Shown: piece by piece, positions 1 through 14,000 of the stretch
How positions within the stretch are numbered: position 1 is the first letter of the stretch
Layout of the letters: each line of letters starts with the position of its first letter
Assembly: GCA_002633005.1 (NCBI GenBank)
Contig: NMRA01000247.1
Span: 193,401 to 257,400 of the forward strand
DNA from: Phoronis australis
Lineage: Eukaryota > Animalia > Phoronida
DNA: 64,000 bases
Direction of reading: 5' to 3'
The notes under the pieces: model-generated
The model's input: only the letters and a program-made list of their open reading frames with translations
What the model was told of the DNA's origin: nothing
Databases searched by the model: none
Position numbers and translations under genes: made by a program

Positions 1-3000
1 TGCACGCGGTGGGAGCTGATCAGCGCTTATGTTATGCCTGGAATCTGCTAATCAATATTGGGTCATGCAGCATTCAGTGCTCATTGCACAGAAAATCTGG
101 ACTACCATTTGTCTAAAGGAATCAATGCCTACATCCTTCCTCCTCTGTTGCGTTGCATTGTTCCTATGTTCTCTGTAAATTAGCTTGTTTAATTTGTTTA
201 CATTTCGTTGATGCTAAGCTGGTAAACCAAATAAAGCTGTGATTACCAATTATAAAGCTTGTTAAATAAGGCTAACATTTTGCTGGTGGCATTTTCCATC
301 TGCATGGATGAAAAGCTGTTCTTTGAGTGCATTGCATGGTTTGATTGGTAGGCCTTGTTAAGTGATGAATTAATTTGACTAATGATTTCAAATTGTTCAG
401 TAATTAAAATTATTGAAGGACTTGCTTCTCAATCTCCAAAGCATTACTCAAGTTTTAAATATACTGCACTTTTCTGCAGTTTTATTTATGGTTTCTAGAT
501 GTTACATATTCTGAACGGTTAGTGTTATGTTTGTCAATGTTGTGTCTGCTATGCTTCCTCGCTACTTTGTCTGCTGTCACCTGCAACATGCGTCATGGGG
601 CCTCTCATAGTCGTTCACAAGTGCAAATTTTAACTTTTCAGTCCACATTGTTGCTCGCCTGAAATTCGCTTACGTGAAGGAGGTGCTTTATGTATAGTTA
701 CTTTGGGAGATCTTTGAGAATCGGTTCTGTTTGTTACATTAAAATAGGCTAGATTAAAGTAAAATTCACAAACTAAGTAGCATAGACTTTGGCAGCTGTA
801 TTGTGTTCATACTCACTTTATACATCTAGTAGGTGGCTTCATTCACATTTCTAGCCCAGTGTCTCTCACTGAAAGCCTTGTTTCTTGCCGTGGCATGTGC
901 TGTTGCTATCTACAGTAATGCTGTTAAGAACATTCACTTTTGATGTAGTGGAGGTCTTCATTCCTCTTGCCTCTTTGAAAGAATTCTATTGAAATTCACC
1001 CATCCGCCGTTACTTAAAATAAAGGTTGGAACGTCATGCAAACAAATTGTGAAAATATATTTTACCCCAATCCAAGTTTTATTTGGCAGAAGTCATGGTT
1101 CTTTTGATTTATACAGTAAAATCCCACGAATTCAGGACTAAAAAATGCTAAAAGAGCACTTTTTCATTTTGAAGGTCTTCTAACAAATTTTCAAAATATT
1201 GCCAGTTGCTTGATTATTGCAAAGCATCATTTTGGTACTTTGCGTCATTTATAAGAAAATGAGGAAATAAAGTTTCACGCATCCATCATCTGCGTCCTAA
1301 ATTGGAAAGACTTTGTCATACTGTTTAACAAAACACCTGCTTTGCTTCTGCCTTAATTCCTCTATACCACCATGACTCAAGTGTGCCACTGAATTTATTA
1401 TACTATGATTGGATGTTTGGCCATTACTGTCATTTCAGCCCTCATCATTAAATTCCTTATACCTCTGTAACGTTTTAGAGAGTCACACATGATTTTCAGG
1501 AACAACTGGTAGTAAATGCTTTCTTGTCTGCTGCTTTATTGAGCTCCTGTGTGATAAATTCTGCAGAAATTCTGGAAGTCTGCCGTACTTGTTATTGGAA
1601 TCCAGGAAAATTGAAAATCATTATTTGGCATTCTGAATGCCTGCGTTTTAAAGCTCTCCTGATAGTATCCAACCATTTTTAAGGTAAGATCATTTTAGAT
1701 ACAAAATCACAATGCTGCTGACTACGATTTGGATTTAATTTTTCTACATCTAGCAAGAAATCAGAACACTGGATTATTGTTGAGAATTTCATGGGATCGT
1801 GTTGAGAAAGATATTCCAACAGTTTTCTCTTGTTTAATAAACAGCAGACCGACTCTTCTGTTCAACTCTAGGTAAATCTAGTTGTGGTTCTTATCAGTGA
1901 GCATCTGTGCATGCTAACCTATTATAGAATTGTAGAAAAAATATTTTTATTTTTATTTGTATTTGTTTCATAGGTCGTCATCCTTTTTAAACCATAAACT
2001 CACAATTTTACAATGACACTAAGGGTCAATATGGTCAATACATGCATACACATGCTCTGCAGAGACAATAAAACAATTATGCAACTAAGACTTTTGTAAT
2101 AAACAATTCCTTACTTTCATTGCCAAAAAATATATTTTGCCACCTGATTTAAGACTATCTAGGAATTGTAGAAATGAGCATTTCATATGTGGTTTGTGTG
2201 TAACATTGTTTTGTTTCAGAGCCTGCAATCTTATCTTTTCACTCAAAAATATATTTGTCACTTACTGTTGATACAAATTTAGGATAATTATCTGTTTTTC
2301 TGTCCTTGAGTATATTTTATATTAAGTAAACCACTGTGTTATCCATATTCGCACTTGATGACCTCCAGTTTCAAGGTACAAACTCGAGTAAAAACTCTGG
2401 CATAGTTCCAGTATCGGTTTGAGCATAGTTTCCTGAGTTTTTCCCATTCTCGATTTTCACGCATCCATGTAGTTGAAATGCTCTTTGTGAGCCGCCTGCT
2501 AAACCTTTGACAGGGAGGGCGGATATTGCTGTACATGACAGCCTTGTTGTGGTAGTTTGTAAGTTGCTACAATCTTTGATTTGCAGTAACTTACATTCAT
2601 GGAAGTTGTTGGAAGCAGTCCAATTGTGTTTTCACATGACCATCGTGCTTTGTGCACCCACAGTGCTTTGCACATTTCATGTCTACCATAATTGTTTCTT
2701 TGATGATAACATCAGGCTACTCTATTATGGGGGTGGTTATGAATGAGGTATTTCTGTGCCAAGAGTGATGTCAACTGCATGTGGGTAAAACTGAATCAAG
2801 CAATTTTTGCCCTCTCATTTCAATTATTTATTGGTTGTATAATTCCAGTTGTTGAACTGATTATTCTGCCATATGTGTTTCTCTTAAAAAGGAGGCATTG
2901 TATGACAGGTTCACCAAAGGGAAGTAATGTGGCAGTGTGGCACAGAAAGAGAAAGAAATTTCTACCATTCAATTTCTTCTTTTGCTGAACTCAGTCTTCA

Positions 3001-3161
3001 AAATGAAAGGATGCTCATTTATTCTTTGTTTTGAGAAATTAAATCTGACAGTTTTCTTTAGCATGACCTTTTGTCTGTAACTCACATGCATAATCCATCA
3101 GCTGTCAAAGTACGAATTCAACAGTAACAATAAATTCATCCTGCTTTATGCCTGCGTCTTA

Positions 3162-4961
3162 CCGCATTCACTCTAATAAGCGTCCATGCCCCTATAAGTG
3201 CCCTTCACGCGTTGTTAGACTTTGCTAAAATAACGCCCAGTCCATGAACGCCGTGTACATGCGAAAAATGCCTTACCTACAGTTCTAAAATTCTACAGTA
3301 ACGTCTTCAATTTATCAATAGGATCCAACAGTCCTGAAAAAAATCAGTATTCACGGAATTTGTAGACCACGAGCCTCGCCGCTATGTCGGTATTTAGCCG
3401 TGACTATACTTCTGGCCTCAGCATCACTAAAAACAAATGGGATTTTGCTGATATCAAGGATCTTATACTATCAGTCAGTTAGCAATACATATATGACCCA
3501 ATATTTGTAATAATAGGGTGTAAATTATTGCTAAGAAAATCTGAAGAAATTCTGTTTATAACATAATTTTGTGGTGTCAGCTTACAATTGACTAGCCAGC
3601 AATATTATTCTAACTTTACAATTTTGCACTTAAACCTGTAAATTGAGATATTGGTCCTAGATTTAGAGGATTTTGAGTTTGACTAACATCTGGTGGCAAA
3701 TTAGAACTCAGCAGCTTATTCAAGTGGACAACAGGTCACACAAGAACACATGTTAGTAGTAATAAATAAGTAGAATTGATACTAGAATTAACATTTTTAT
3801 TATTAGGAACTTATAATCCTTTGTTTGCTGTTCTGAGTCTGTCATGAATGCTTTGGAGGACTTATGGTGATTCATTGGTAGGAAAGTCAAGAAGTAGGTC
3901 TCACAAGTTCAGCGTACATTTTTGAAACCTATATGAATAGCAGTGAACACGTGGTTAGGTAAAGAACAGAGCTTACTACTAATGTTCAACTTAAGAAATT
4001 TGATTGGAGTTTGGAATTCTTGTTGTGGAGAACACTGGTCTAATAAGAACTTGACGGAGTAAGCTCACAAGGAAGTGCGCGCTACATACCTGTCGTTGAA
4101 GACATTAATCATCGGGAACTATCCATTTATGACACGGGTAGCATAGCATTGGCAAAAAATAAATATTGGCACTATAATTTCCTTAAGTTTCTAATACCAT
4201 AAAAAAGTTTGCGTTATTTTCAAGAGAAATTAATTATAATTGGTGATTTTAAAGTCAAAATAACCCACTGATAGTCAACGCGTCCGCACCCTTGCAATTC
4301 CCCTCCGAATATCCCGGAAAATAAGTGTTAGACTGTCACGTATCCAGTCACCCGGCGACTCACCGAGACAATTTTTTAACTCGGGCAAATGAACTCTGAT
4401 GACAAGCACGTGCTTGCTCACTCACACAATACGCACTGCAGACGAACTTCAAAACAAACGTCACGTGACAACAACATGTGTGTTCGTCCAGAAATTTTCT
4501 TGTGTTGCGGGGAATGATCTAGCACATATTTGGACTTATGTGCAGTTAATCCGAACTCCACAAAAACTTAAAAATCTTGGGAACTCTATTTAGAAAACTT
4601 AAAGAGGACTTCAGGTAATTTGTTGAGTCAAAACTATATTTTTATTCAAGAATTCAAGTTGACCTATCGACAATCGCGAGGTAGCGATGCTTCAGTCGGC
4701 TAGTTTTCGCCCTGGGATTTCAGAGCAATTTTCTGAAAAATGATCGTATAACAACGAAGTTTAATAGTAATGCACCACAATTTTGTAGAAAGTCTGTCAT
4801 AGGTTACAGATACGTCACAGAGCGTAAATTTGATGAATCCTAGCTTAAGATTTTCACGCGTTTCGGAGACCGGGTTGCAACCACTTTAGGCCATGATAAG
4901 CACCCCCCATCCTGAAACAAATTTTTCTAAGTGCCCTGGGCGTTTTTTAGAGCAAATACTG
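3162..4961. mobile_element. Non-autonomous Tc1/mariner-superfamily (Tc2/pogo-like) DNA transposon, copy 1
   Basis: Imperfect TIRs (left CCGCATTCACTCTAATAAGCGTCCA; right reverse-complement CAGTATTTGCTCTAAAAAACGCCCA) flanked by TA on both sides. Subterminal TAAGYGCCC repeats. Colinear with 6375-7850 except for an unrelated AT-rich middle (~3430-4065). No transposase ORF. Confidence 0.75.
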
Positions 4962-6374
4962 TATGTCAGAAATTTACTTTGTTCTTAGACCACCTACGGA
5001 TATAAAACTGATAACTTGTTTTTTACTTATGTGGGAAATGGTGCTTAGGTTTGGAATGAACTGACTGGTCATTCTTGCAATATTGACCTGCGTGTTCTTT
5101 CCAGAAGTCGTCTCTAATTTGTGTATCTACAAGTTTAAACCAATTTTGTAACTGTACAGTGCTCAAAAATACATCTAGAGAAAGGATCAGCCAAATGGCG
5201 ATGAACCGTAAGTGATTGTCATCATGACAGTGCATACTGCTGTACTTAACAACATACCCTAGCAATGTTCCTGCTTCATTTTCTGACACTGATGGGTATT
5301 CTTTGCACTTTGACATCGTTCCAGCAGTAATGTGTCTCACTTTTTCAAATCAGTTGTCCTGTTTTTTCATGCCCAAATGTTGGCAAATATGGGATGTTTG
5401 TGATGACCAAGACTTTCGTGCCTCTGCCTGTGGAGTGCCCTTGTTTTGGCGTGCTCATTTCCATTTTAACAACTTGGGAATTTCGTGAGGTCACATTTGA
5501 GGAGTTGACATTATGTTAAGCATCCTACTACAGGACAATTTTGTTCACCATTTGACAACATGTTGGATTATTTTAATGGCCATTTCTAGGTATGCTATCG
5601 CCAATTGTGATGAATAAAGGGTATTTTTCAAGCACTGCTGGAAGTGATCTGCAAAAGCCAGTATTTAGACAGATGGGTACAGCAGCTTTCAGAAATATCA
5701 AATCAATACCCTTGTAAATATAATAGCTCATTTGTTAATAGGGTTGTATTGATGGTTGTGATACATTTGCTTCTATTCATGGCCATTTACTAAAACTTAA
5801 ACTTGTGACAAAAGTTGGCAAAAAAATTGTCAAAACACAATAAGGTATCATTACTAGCAATTTACCAGTTATGATTCCACTCACACTTTGGCCAAGACTG
5901 TGAACTTTGGATTTGTAGCTGTCAATAGGTCTTAAGGTTGCTGCCATCTTTCTCAGATTAGAATTGGTATCTGTTGGTTGTTTGATGAATTTTTGTGGAC
6001 TTATGTTGGCTCTTTAGGGAACTGAGTCCCCTGTGAAGTCAAAGTAACAATTGGAAATGACAGTCTCTATTTGCGCTGTCACGGTTCCGTTGCAGGAAAA
6101 GTGGGAAATAACAAGTGTGTAATCTTGTGATACGGCGTACATCTTTTAGGCCTGGTTGGGTCTCTGCAATTGGTTATTTGGCCATTTTTTACGGTGTCTA
6201 AAAGTAATTTTTAAACATTAACTTTAAAATTTGTTAATTGACATTGTCATTTTTGCGACATCAAAAGTGTATGCTAGCAGCAAGTCCTGAAACCCTTTCC
6301 CCAGTCTCCCTAAAGCATACAAATTGTGCACTCCAGAAAATGGCAGTAATTGAACGGTCTCTTATTCAGATATA

Positions 6375-7850
6375 TCACATTCACCCTAATAACTGCCCAT
6401 GCCCCTATAAGTGCCCCCAACGCGTTTTCAGACTTTGCTAAAATAAGCGCCCATTCCATGAACGTGTATTTGCGAAAAATGCCTTACCTACAGTAATAAA
6501 ATTCTACACTAACCACTTTAATTTATCAATAATATCCGACAGTCCGGAAAAAAATGGTTGTGCGCGGAATTTGTAGACCACGAGCCTCGCCGCTATGTCG
6601 GTATTTAGCCGTGACTATACACTTCAAACTTCCACCGTGCCTCAAGAAGAATGCAAAAGTTTTGCTGATCTTGCAAGGAATGCATGTGTCGTACTAGGGC
6701 CTTTAAGAACATACGCAGCATACTTGTCAACGGGATTGTATTGTAGATATTTCCTGCCCTCAACAGGAATCCAAATTTCTTCAACACGTTAAAACTGTGA
6801 ATCGAAGACTAATAAAAAACTCAACCAGTGTTAAAAGCACGTGACCAGGAAGCGCGCGCTACATACGTGTACATGTACCGGCTGTCATCAAAGACATTAG
6901 TCGGGAACTTTCCATTCATGAAACGGGTAGTATAGCATCGACAAGAAATAAATATTGGCACAAATTTCCAGCAGTTTCTAATACCAGAAAAAAATTTGCG
7001 TTGTTTTTAAGAGGGGTTGTTTGGTTAACCACAATTGGTGTTTTCAAAGCCAAATATCCGATAAAATGACTACTGACTGTGAATGCTTACACACCCTTAC
7101 ACCAAAAAATAACTGTCAGACAGTCATGTACGCATCCAGCCACACGTCAACTAATATGGGCCTTACGGAGACAATTGTCAAACGTTTTTTAGCAGATGAG
7201 ACCGGCAAGTTCTGAATGAATCATGTTGTGCTTGTGCTAATTTCTGTAAATACAATACACATCTAGCTCGTTAGATTGCGTTCATACTCTGGCAAATGAA
7301 CTCTGGTAACTCACACGTGCTCACTTACAAACGCAGATGAACTTCAAAACAATTGTCACGTGACAACAACATGTCCAGAGATTTTTTTTCGTGTTACCGG
7401 GTAAGCCTATGATCATAGATGGCACGATCTAGCTCAGATTTGGACTTAACCTGCTGTTAATCCCGACTCCACGAGAACTTAAAAATCTTAGAAAACTTAA
7501 GGAGGATTTCAGGTTATTTGCTTGAGTTGAAACTGTATTTTTATTCAAGCATTCAAAGTACCATGTCAACCATTGCACAGAGTCAGTCGGCGACTTTCGT
7601 CCTGGAATTTATGCACAATTTTGTGTAAAATGATCGTAATTTAACAACAAAGTTTGATAGCAATGTACCACAACTTTGTAGAAAGTCTGTCATAGGTTAC
7701 ACATACGTCACAGAGCATAAATGTGATGAATCTTAGCTTCCGATTTCACCTGTTTCGGCGACCGGGTTTCAACCACCTTGGGTTAAAATAAGCGCCCCCC
7801 GAAGCGAATTTTTCTAAGCGCCCTCAGGGCGGTTACTAGGCCAAATACGG
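6375..7850. mobile_element. Non-autonomous Tc2/pogo-like DNA transposon, copy 2
   Basis: Shares long blocks with 3162-4961 (e.g. GGAATTTGTAGACCACGAGCCTCGCCGCTATGTCGGTATTTAGCCGTGACTATAC). Ends in ...CCAAATACGG. Same orientation as copy 1. Confidence 0.75.
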
Positions 7851-7911
7851 TTAGCTTGTTTGCAAGGCAAGTGCATTGTATAACATTTGATTGTGTATTT
7901 TTAAATGGCAG

Positions 7912-8031
7912 GAGCAAGAAGAGGACAACTTTCTTATGCAAGCACTCCTTCATGCTGCTGAGGATGGTAATGTGTTTGGAGTGAAACAGCTGTTGGATCT
8001 CACCAAGTTTGATATCAATCAGTTGAATAAG
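7912..8031 (+). CDS. DAPK1: DAPK1 exon (pre-ankyrin/first ankyrin)
   Basis: AG|EQEEDNFLMQALLHAAEDGNVFGVKQLLDLTKFDINQLNK|GT, 120 nt, phase 0-0. Confidence 0.88.
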
Positions 8032-11000
8032 GTAAAATATGGCCCTTTGGGTAGATTTTTACTGCTCTGAATTTTTGTATAGTAGTGGAGTTATGCGTTA
8101 CAAATAGACAAATTTCCCAGAAACAAATTTGATGTCGTCCAAATGAAGTGGGGTAAAACCAGTGCTTGAATTCGATTACAAATTCATTACTGTGTCATGT
8201 CAATAAAAACCAGTGCTGAAAGCTCGAATGTACTGTTAAAAGAGAAATGTGAATGTTGGCCTTCAAGATCACGATATTTCAGTGCCATTATTTGTATGCA
8301 TGAGCAAGCCATATGTTTCTCAATGATGTTATGCTACATTTATTTGGAAGTGTTCACTTGGCTTTTGGACCTCTCACGCTGAACTTGACATGATTTTAAA
8401 ACATTTTTCTTTGCATAGGTAGCTGCATAGATCAATGTATGTCACCGTTGGATTTGCTTATAACAGCTATACTTCCGTTTCGTTCCAGAGCGGATCTACC
8501 ATCTTACACATGGCTGCTGGCTGTGGTCACGTAGATGTCATTAGGGTGTTGGAGGAGAAGGGAGTCAATCTCAATGCAACTGACAAGGTAGGCATGCCTG
8601 TTATATAGTATGTCACTTTAAAGATATATTCGTAGGTACCAAACACCGCAGCAGCAATGTTGTTGCCATTGATTGATAGGTGGCAATGGTTGGGGTATCA
8701 TGTATTGCGAATATATGTAAATATAAACAACAATTGATGAAACGCAGAAGATTTAGCATTGGTAATGAAAGTGAATTCATGAAACGAACAATTCAGATTT
8801 AAGACCTCTGTTGGTGAAGAAGTTTGGAACAGACAGGTAGATCTTATTGGTATGGTAGTTTGCGAGCCAAATTGTTGACTAGATTGCTGGCAAAAGTTAC
8901 GCACCAACATTATGTAAAATTATGATCACCTCATTATCAACACCGATTGTGTGGTAGGCCTCTCATGAGGGTTCATTGTCAATGTTGAACAAGCTTTTGA
9001 AAAGATGGAAAAGTTAACTTTTTATGATTCTCATTTACTACACACCTGTTTATTGACAGTTAATATTGTGACGTTTGTTTTGTTATTTTGGTAATCTGTT
9101 GTATAGTATAACATCCGCTACTACCATGTCATGAGAATAGCCTGTACAAACCTTGCTAGACCAAGGCTAGGCTAGGTGAGGTGCTTTACCCCAAACAAGC
9201 AGCAAGTCAAGCTTGTTCATAAGCAATGAGCACAAGTAAATTTTTTTACAAAGCACTACGCGTGTAATTATTCCGGCCATATTAACTTATTGCATTGGAA
9301 ACAAAGGGCATTGTATTGTGCTATCTGCAGTTCTGTGACCATTTTGCAGCATGGTGATTCTGCTCTGTACTGGGCTGCACGACAAGGCCAAGTCAGTGTA
9401 ATTAGACACATGAAGGGAAAAGGTGTGTCGCTTGACATGCAAAATAAGGTGAGCCTTGGCCTAATGATCAATAGATGTTTGTTTGCAGTGAGGCTATAAT
9501 GTCTGATTTCCTATTCGGTGGAACCTCGCAAAAAGCTTTTTGGCAATGTTTTGCATTTGTTGAACAAAGCTTCATCAAACTACGTCATGTGTTCTGCTAT
9601 AAACCTCCACATTCTAAGTAATGTTTCATACTCATGTGAGTTTGATTTCACTGACTGATGTTTTTGTCAATGTTATGGGTAACAGTTATCTCCATAAGAT
9701 CTACAAATGGTATACAATTTGGTAGATTTACAAAAAATGATGGTCATCTGTCATAGTGTGATATACTAACAATTACTGTTTCATTTTGATATGAACTTTT
9801 GGAATGTTTGCTAATTCTTCCAACCACTTTATGAAATATGAATTTCTGGGGCTTCTAGGGAAAGGGTTTGGAGGTTTGGAAGATTTTTGTTGTGTTATGA
9901 AGCAAAGACAGTTGCTGTTCGTTTCTCTTGCTTTAATGATTTGAGGTTTTCTTTAGAAACTCATGGTTCCTTTTACTTTGTCAATAGATTTGGGCAAGAA
10001 GTGCTGACATTATCAATTTCCTTATCACTTGCACTCATCTAAATCCTTTTGTTTGGAACAGAGCAATTGCCTTGTTAGCTATAATGACTTTACATCAATA
10101 AAACACTGGCTGAAATGAATTGAAGCATCATACACTGCTGAAATTAAATTCCTTGGAAAAAATTAAGTCAAGTTCATTTTTCCAATGGAAATGCAAAAGA
10201 ATATATTCATCTTAGTAGATGATTGGCAAGCAAGTCACAATGTGGAAAATAGTCTGCACGAAGGTTTAAAAAAGGGTTAGGTTGATAACCAGATTTGGAA
10301 GCTGCTGCCATCTGGAGTTAAAACTGAACAAGATTTATTTGTCATGCATTGCCTGAGTATTTCTACACTATGCAGTTGTCGTAAGAGGATTTGGGGCGAT
10401 TTTAGGAGCACGGGCATTACCATAAAATGTTTTAGCATGTTGTTGTGAGAGCTTTTATGGACATCTTTCTTCGAAAATTATGTTTGTCCAGCTTACAACA
10501 TCCTTACTTCATCCAGTGGCTGTCCCTGTTTTAAGTTCATACCTGGTTTCACTTTATAATTTTTTAATTTGGAATCCCTTTTTGTAAAAGCAAATGAGTG
10601 TCCAGCATCAAAGATTTGTTATATTGTTGTAAGAATAGGTGTGAATAACCAGTAACAGATCAGTGGCATTGTATCACAGATATTTATATGGAACAGCAAT
10701 TTGTTTTATAGGCAGACATTTTGTGACTGATGTCCCTCATTGTCACAACCTCTGCAGCACTGATCCAAAGTGTGACATATTTGAAGTTGGGACAATTTGG
10801 GGACGTTGTGATAATTTTGCAAAAAGCCTCCTTTCAACACCTGCCTGTACATGTATGTTTGAGTGTGCAGTCTGGACTATTGATAGTACTGAAATATTGT
10901 CCACCCAGACAAAAGCTTTGCCTTATTGTTTCTGCTTTGTAATCGCTTTACCCAGAATGCAGCCTCACTCTCGCTTCCCTTCAATTTCAGTCAGGGGAGG

Positions 11001-14000
11001 CGGCAATACACATTGCTGCCCGTTATGGACATAATCACGTGGTTAAGGAACTTACAGATGAGGGCGTTAATGCTAATATACAAGATCAGGTATTGGACAC
11101 TTCAAGATTTGATGTAGAAGTTTGAATTCCACTGAAGAGTACTTCCGTTTCTGGAACAGCCTTCTCAATGAGGCGCAGATCAAGAGGGCGTCCCATTTTT
11201 CCAGAACCCCTTACTCATTCATGTTTATATTGCACCGTTGAATGAATCTTAAGCACCTACTTTCTTCTTCTCAGGTATTCCCTGGAAAAATTCTAGATAA
11301 ATAAGGTCATTTCTGTTCTAAACGACTGCTCTCGGGCTCATGCATTGTCAAATATCTGTGCCCTAGGGTATATTGTTGGTCAGTAACATATGCATAATTA
11401 ATTAGAATTAGGAGGAGTTCATCCGCCATTGTTCTGTTCCCTTAGAAAACTTTAAAAGTGAGAAATTGAAATTCTTTGTCATTTGTTTAGTTTTAAGGAA
11501 GTGATGTCATTTTGAAAGAGCAGCAGGTGGGAATGAATTCTGTGCATAAAATGGTTTTTTAAAACTGTTCTGAAGATCGGGAGAAAATGTCTTTAAAAAC
11601 TATTGTTTTGAAGTGAGTGGAGAATTTTATTGTGAACTGTAAAATTGCGTCTGTGAACTGTGAAGTGATAGCCTAAATTTTGCATTCGTGAACTGTGATG
11701 TCCCCTCTCTAACTGTTGATGGACGTGCTCAATCACCCATTGGACAAGCCTATGATCTGAAGGCAATTTTTTATCAGAAACATTTCTACAGTTCAAGAAA
11801 CTTACTCTACAAATTGTTTCTGTGTTGCTAGCATGGTGAGACCGCATTACACAGCGCTGCTTGGAGTGGCTATCCAGCTATCTGTACCCTCTTGTGTGAC
11901 ATCAAGTGTAATGTTGATCTTACTAACAAGGTAACTGCTTACCGAACTGTGTGAGATTTTTTGTGAGTTATTACAACATACCTTCACAAAGTTTAGTGTG
12001 TAACGTACTCAGCAAGAAAACATAACCTTTATAATATTGTACCTGAAACCTCCGTCTTTCTTTGAGGAGGAATTTTATTAAATACTATTATACTTGTTTC
12101 TTGATTTACCACATGCTTTGCATAGCGACTGTGCCTTGTTCAAAAATAATATTTTCTTCTTTGCATAGCCCGTTTCTTTCTAAAAGTCGGTCCATATAAC
12201 TATTTTCTTTTCTCACTGACTATTTTGAAATAAAATCAAAGTATGTGGGCTGAGGTAATTGTCAATCTTTGTAAAATTGTTTTACAATACGTGTAATATC
12301 CACTTATTATATAGTTTGTAAAAGTGTATTATCCAAACAAAAAATGCTGTTTAGATTTTTTAAAAACTCACGTTCAAAGCAAAAAGTTGATACACTTCTC
12401 AAAATACTTGTCACGTTATTACTAAAACTTGTGTGACATTTTAAGGAGTGGATCCAGACTTTCAGTTATGAGAAATTTTAAAAATTTCATTTTTTTTAAT
12501 TTAAATTTAGTAGTTGATGGAATGGGAAGAAATTCACGAAGGTTGACAGATTTCATATTTTGTTGAAACTGGTCTTCTGTATACGAGGAATTGCTAAGTT
12601 TTATCTCTGTCAAATGAGGTCTTCAAGACTTTTGTTGCCCTATTTCCAAGTTCATGGCACTCTCGTTTAATTAGTAAATTTTGAGCTAAAAGATTTGTTA
12701 AAAATTTCACTTTTTCTAATGATTGCAATATAAAGTATTCATTCACAAGGATACCTAATATTATCATGTGCACGAACTTTGAATCATCTGATCAAACCCC
12801 TGCAATGTGTACAGGAGCCTTAACATCAAACAAAACCCATACATATAATATCACTGTAAAATTATCTGCTTGAACATGAATTCATCCACATTAATCACTT
12901 GTTCATTTTTGGGAAGTTTTCTTGTCGACGATTTCTGTTCACGTGAATGTGTTTGAGGTTTTAGGTGTTTGTAAACACAATCGTGTTGTTGGATTTAAAT
13001 CAAATTGGTGCACAGTTTTGATTCATTAGTTCAGATGTTTCAAGGTGTGAGGCATTTGATTGTTTGGTATCCTTACATTTATTGATCATAGGATATTGGA
13101 TAAACGTGGATTTGTCTTCCTCTGTAGGACAAAGAGACTGCCCTTCACTGTGCATCTGCCAGGGGAAATTCTGATTGTGTGCAGATACTGGTCAAAGCCG
13201 GTGCTAATCTTAATTTACAGGACAAGGTAGTGGAATAAAGTTTGAAAGGAGAACCTTTTGTATACTTTTGCGCAGAATCCTTTTGTCAGGAATTTTGTCA
13301 GATTAGGCACCTTTTCATTGAGAAACTGGTCATGAAAACGTCACCCTTCTGAGCGGCAGGTTCTCTACCTCTTCTATGGCAGTACCCCCGCCAGGGTAGA
13401 CGTACACCGATTTAGTCCTTTTGTAGTTATCGCGTGGTGTTTCCTCTAACTTCCAGAGGAACAAAATTCAACCAAGACATTTCAGTCCAGTTGATCACAT
13501 GGGATATATTGACGTGGTATTGCAGCTTTCATTCAATACTGCAGTGACATCAGGTCAGGCAGGATCAATTTAATATAATTTTTGCAAACCGAACTTTGGA
13601 AGTTATTTTTTAGTGTACAACCTGTTTTTGTTCAAGGGAACAAGTAATATTCATTAAAGCAAGATTTTGACTGCTGTTTCCTTTTCAAATGTTTGGGTTA
13701 CTGTGGATCTTGTTTGTGTGCGGGTCTTGAAGGAATGTATTCTCTATGACCTGTTTTAGTCTGTGTCATAGTGATATGGCCCTATTGACCATGGCTTACC
13801 ATTACAGCAAGGTTGCACAGCGCTGCACTTAGCCTGTCACAGACACCACACATCTATAGCAGTACAACTCTTGAACTCAGGTTGTGATATCAACATCTCT
13901 GATGAGGTAGGCAGCCTTTTTAGTTTGATTTGATAAAGATAATGATGATATATTTTGGCAACAGTTCTGAATTAGTTCACTTCATGTGAAAAACAACTTA

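Noticed and set aside
4396-4425. CTGATGA followed by hairpin CAAGC-ACGT-GCTTG, hammerhead-like
   Set aside because: No GAAA after the stem, and the paralogous position in the second transposon copy lacks the motif.
6018-6043. Possible small DAPK1 exon (GTESPVKS) after TCTTTAG
   Set aside because: No similarity to DAPK1 that I can recognise; the better donor gives the wrong phase for the 7912 exon.
2339-7215. Short ORFs (60-105 aa) in the first 7 kb
   Set aside because: No recognisable motifs; several lie within the non-coding transposon copies; lengths are expected by chance.
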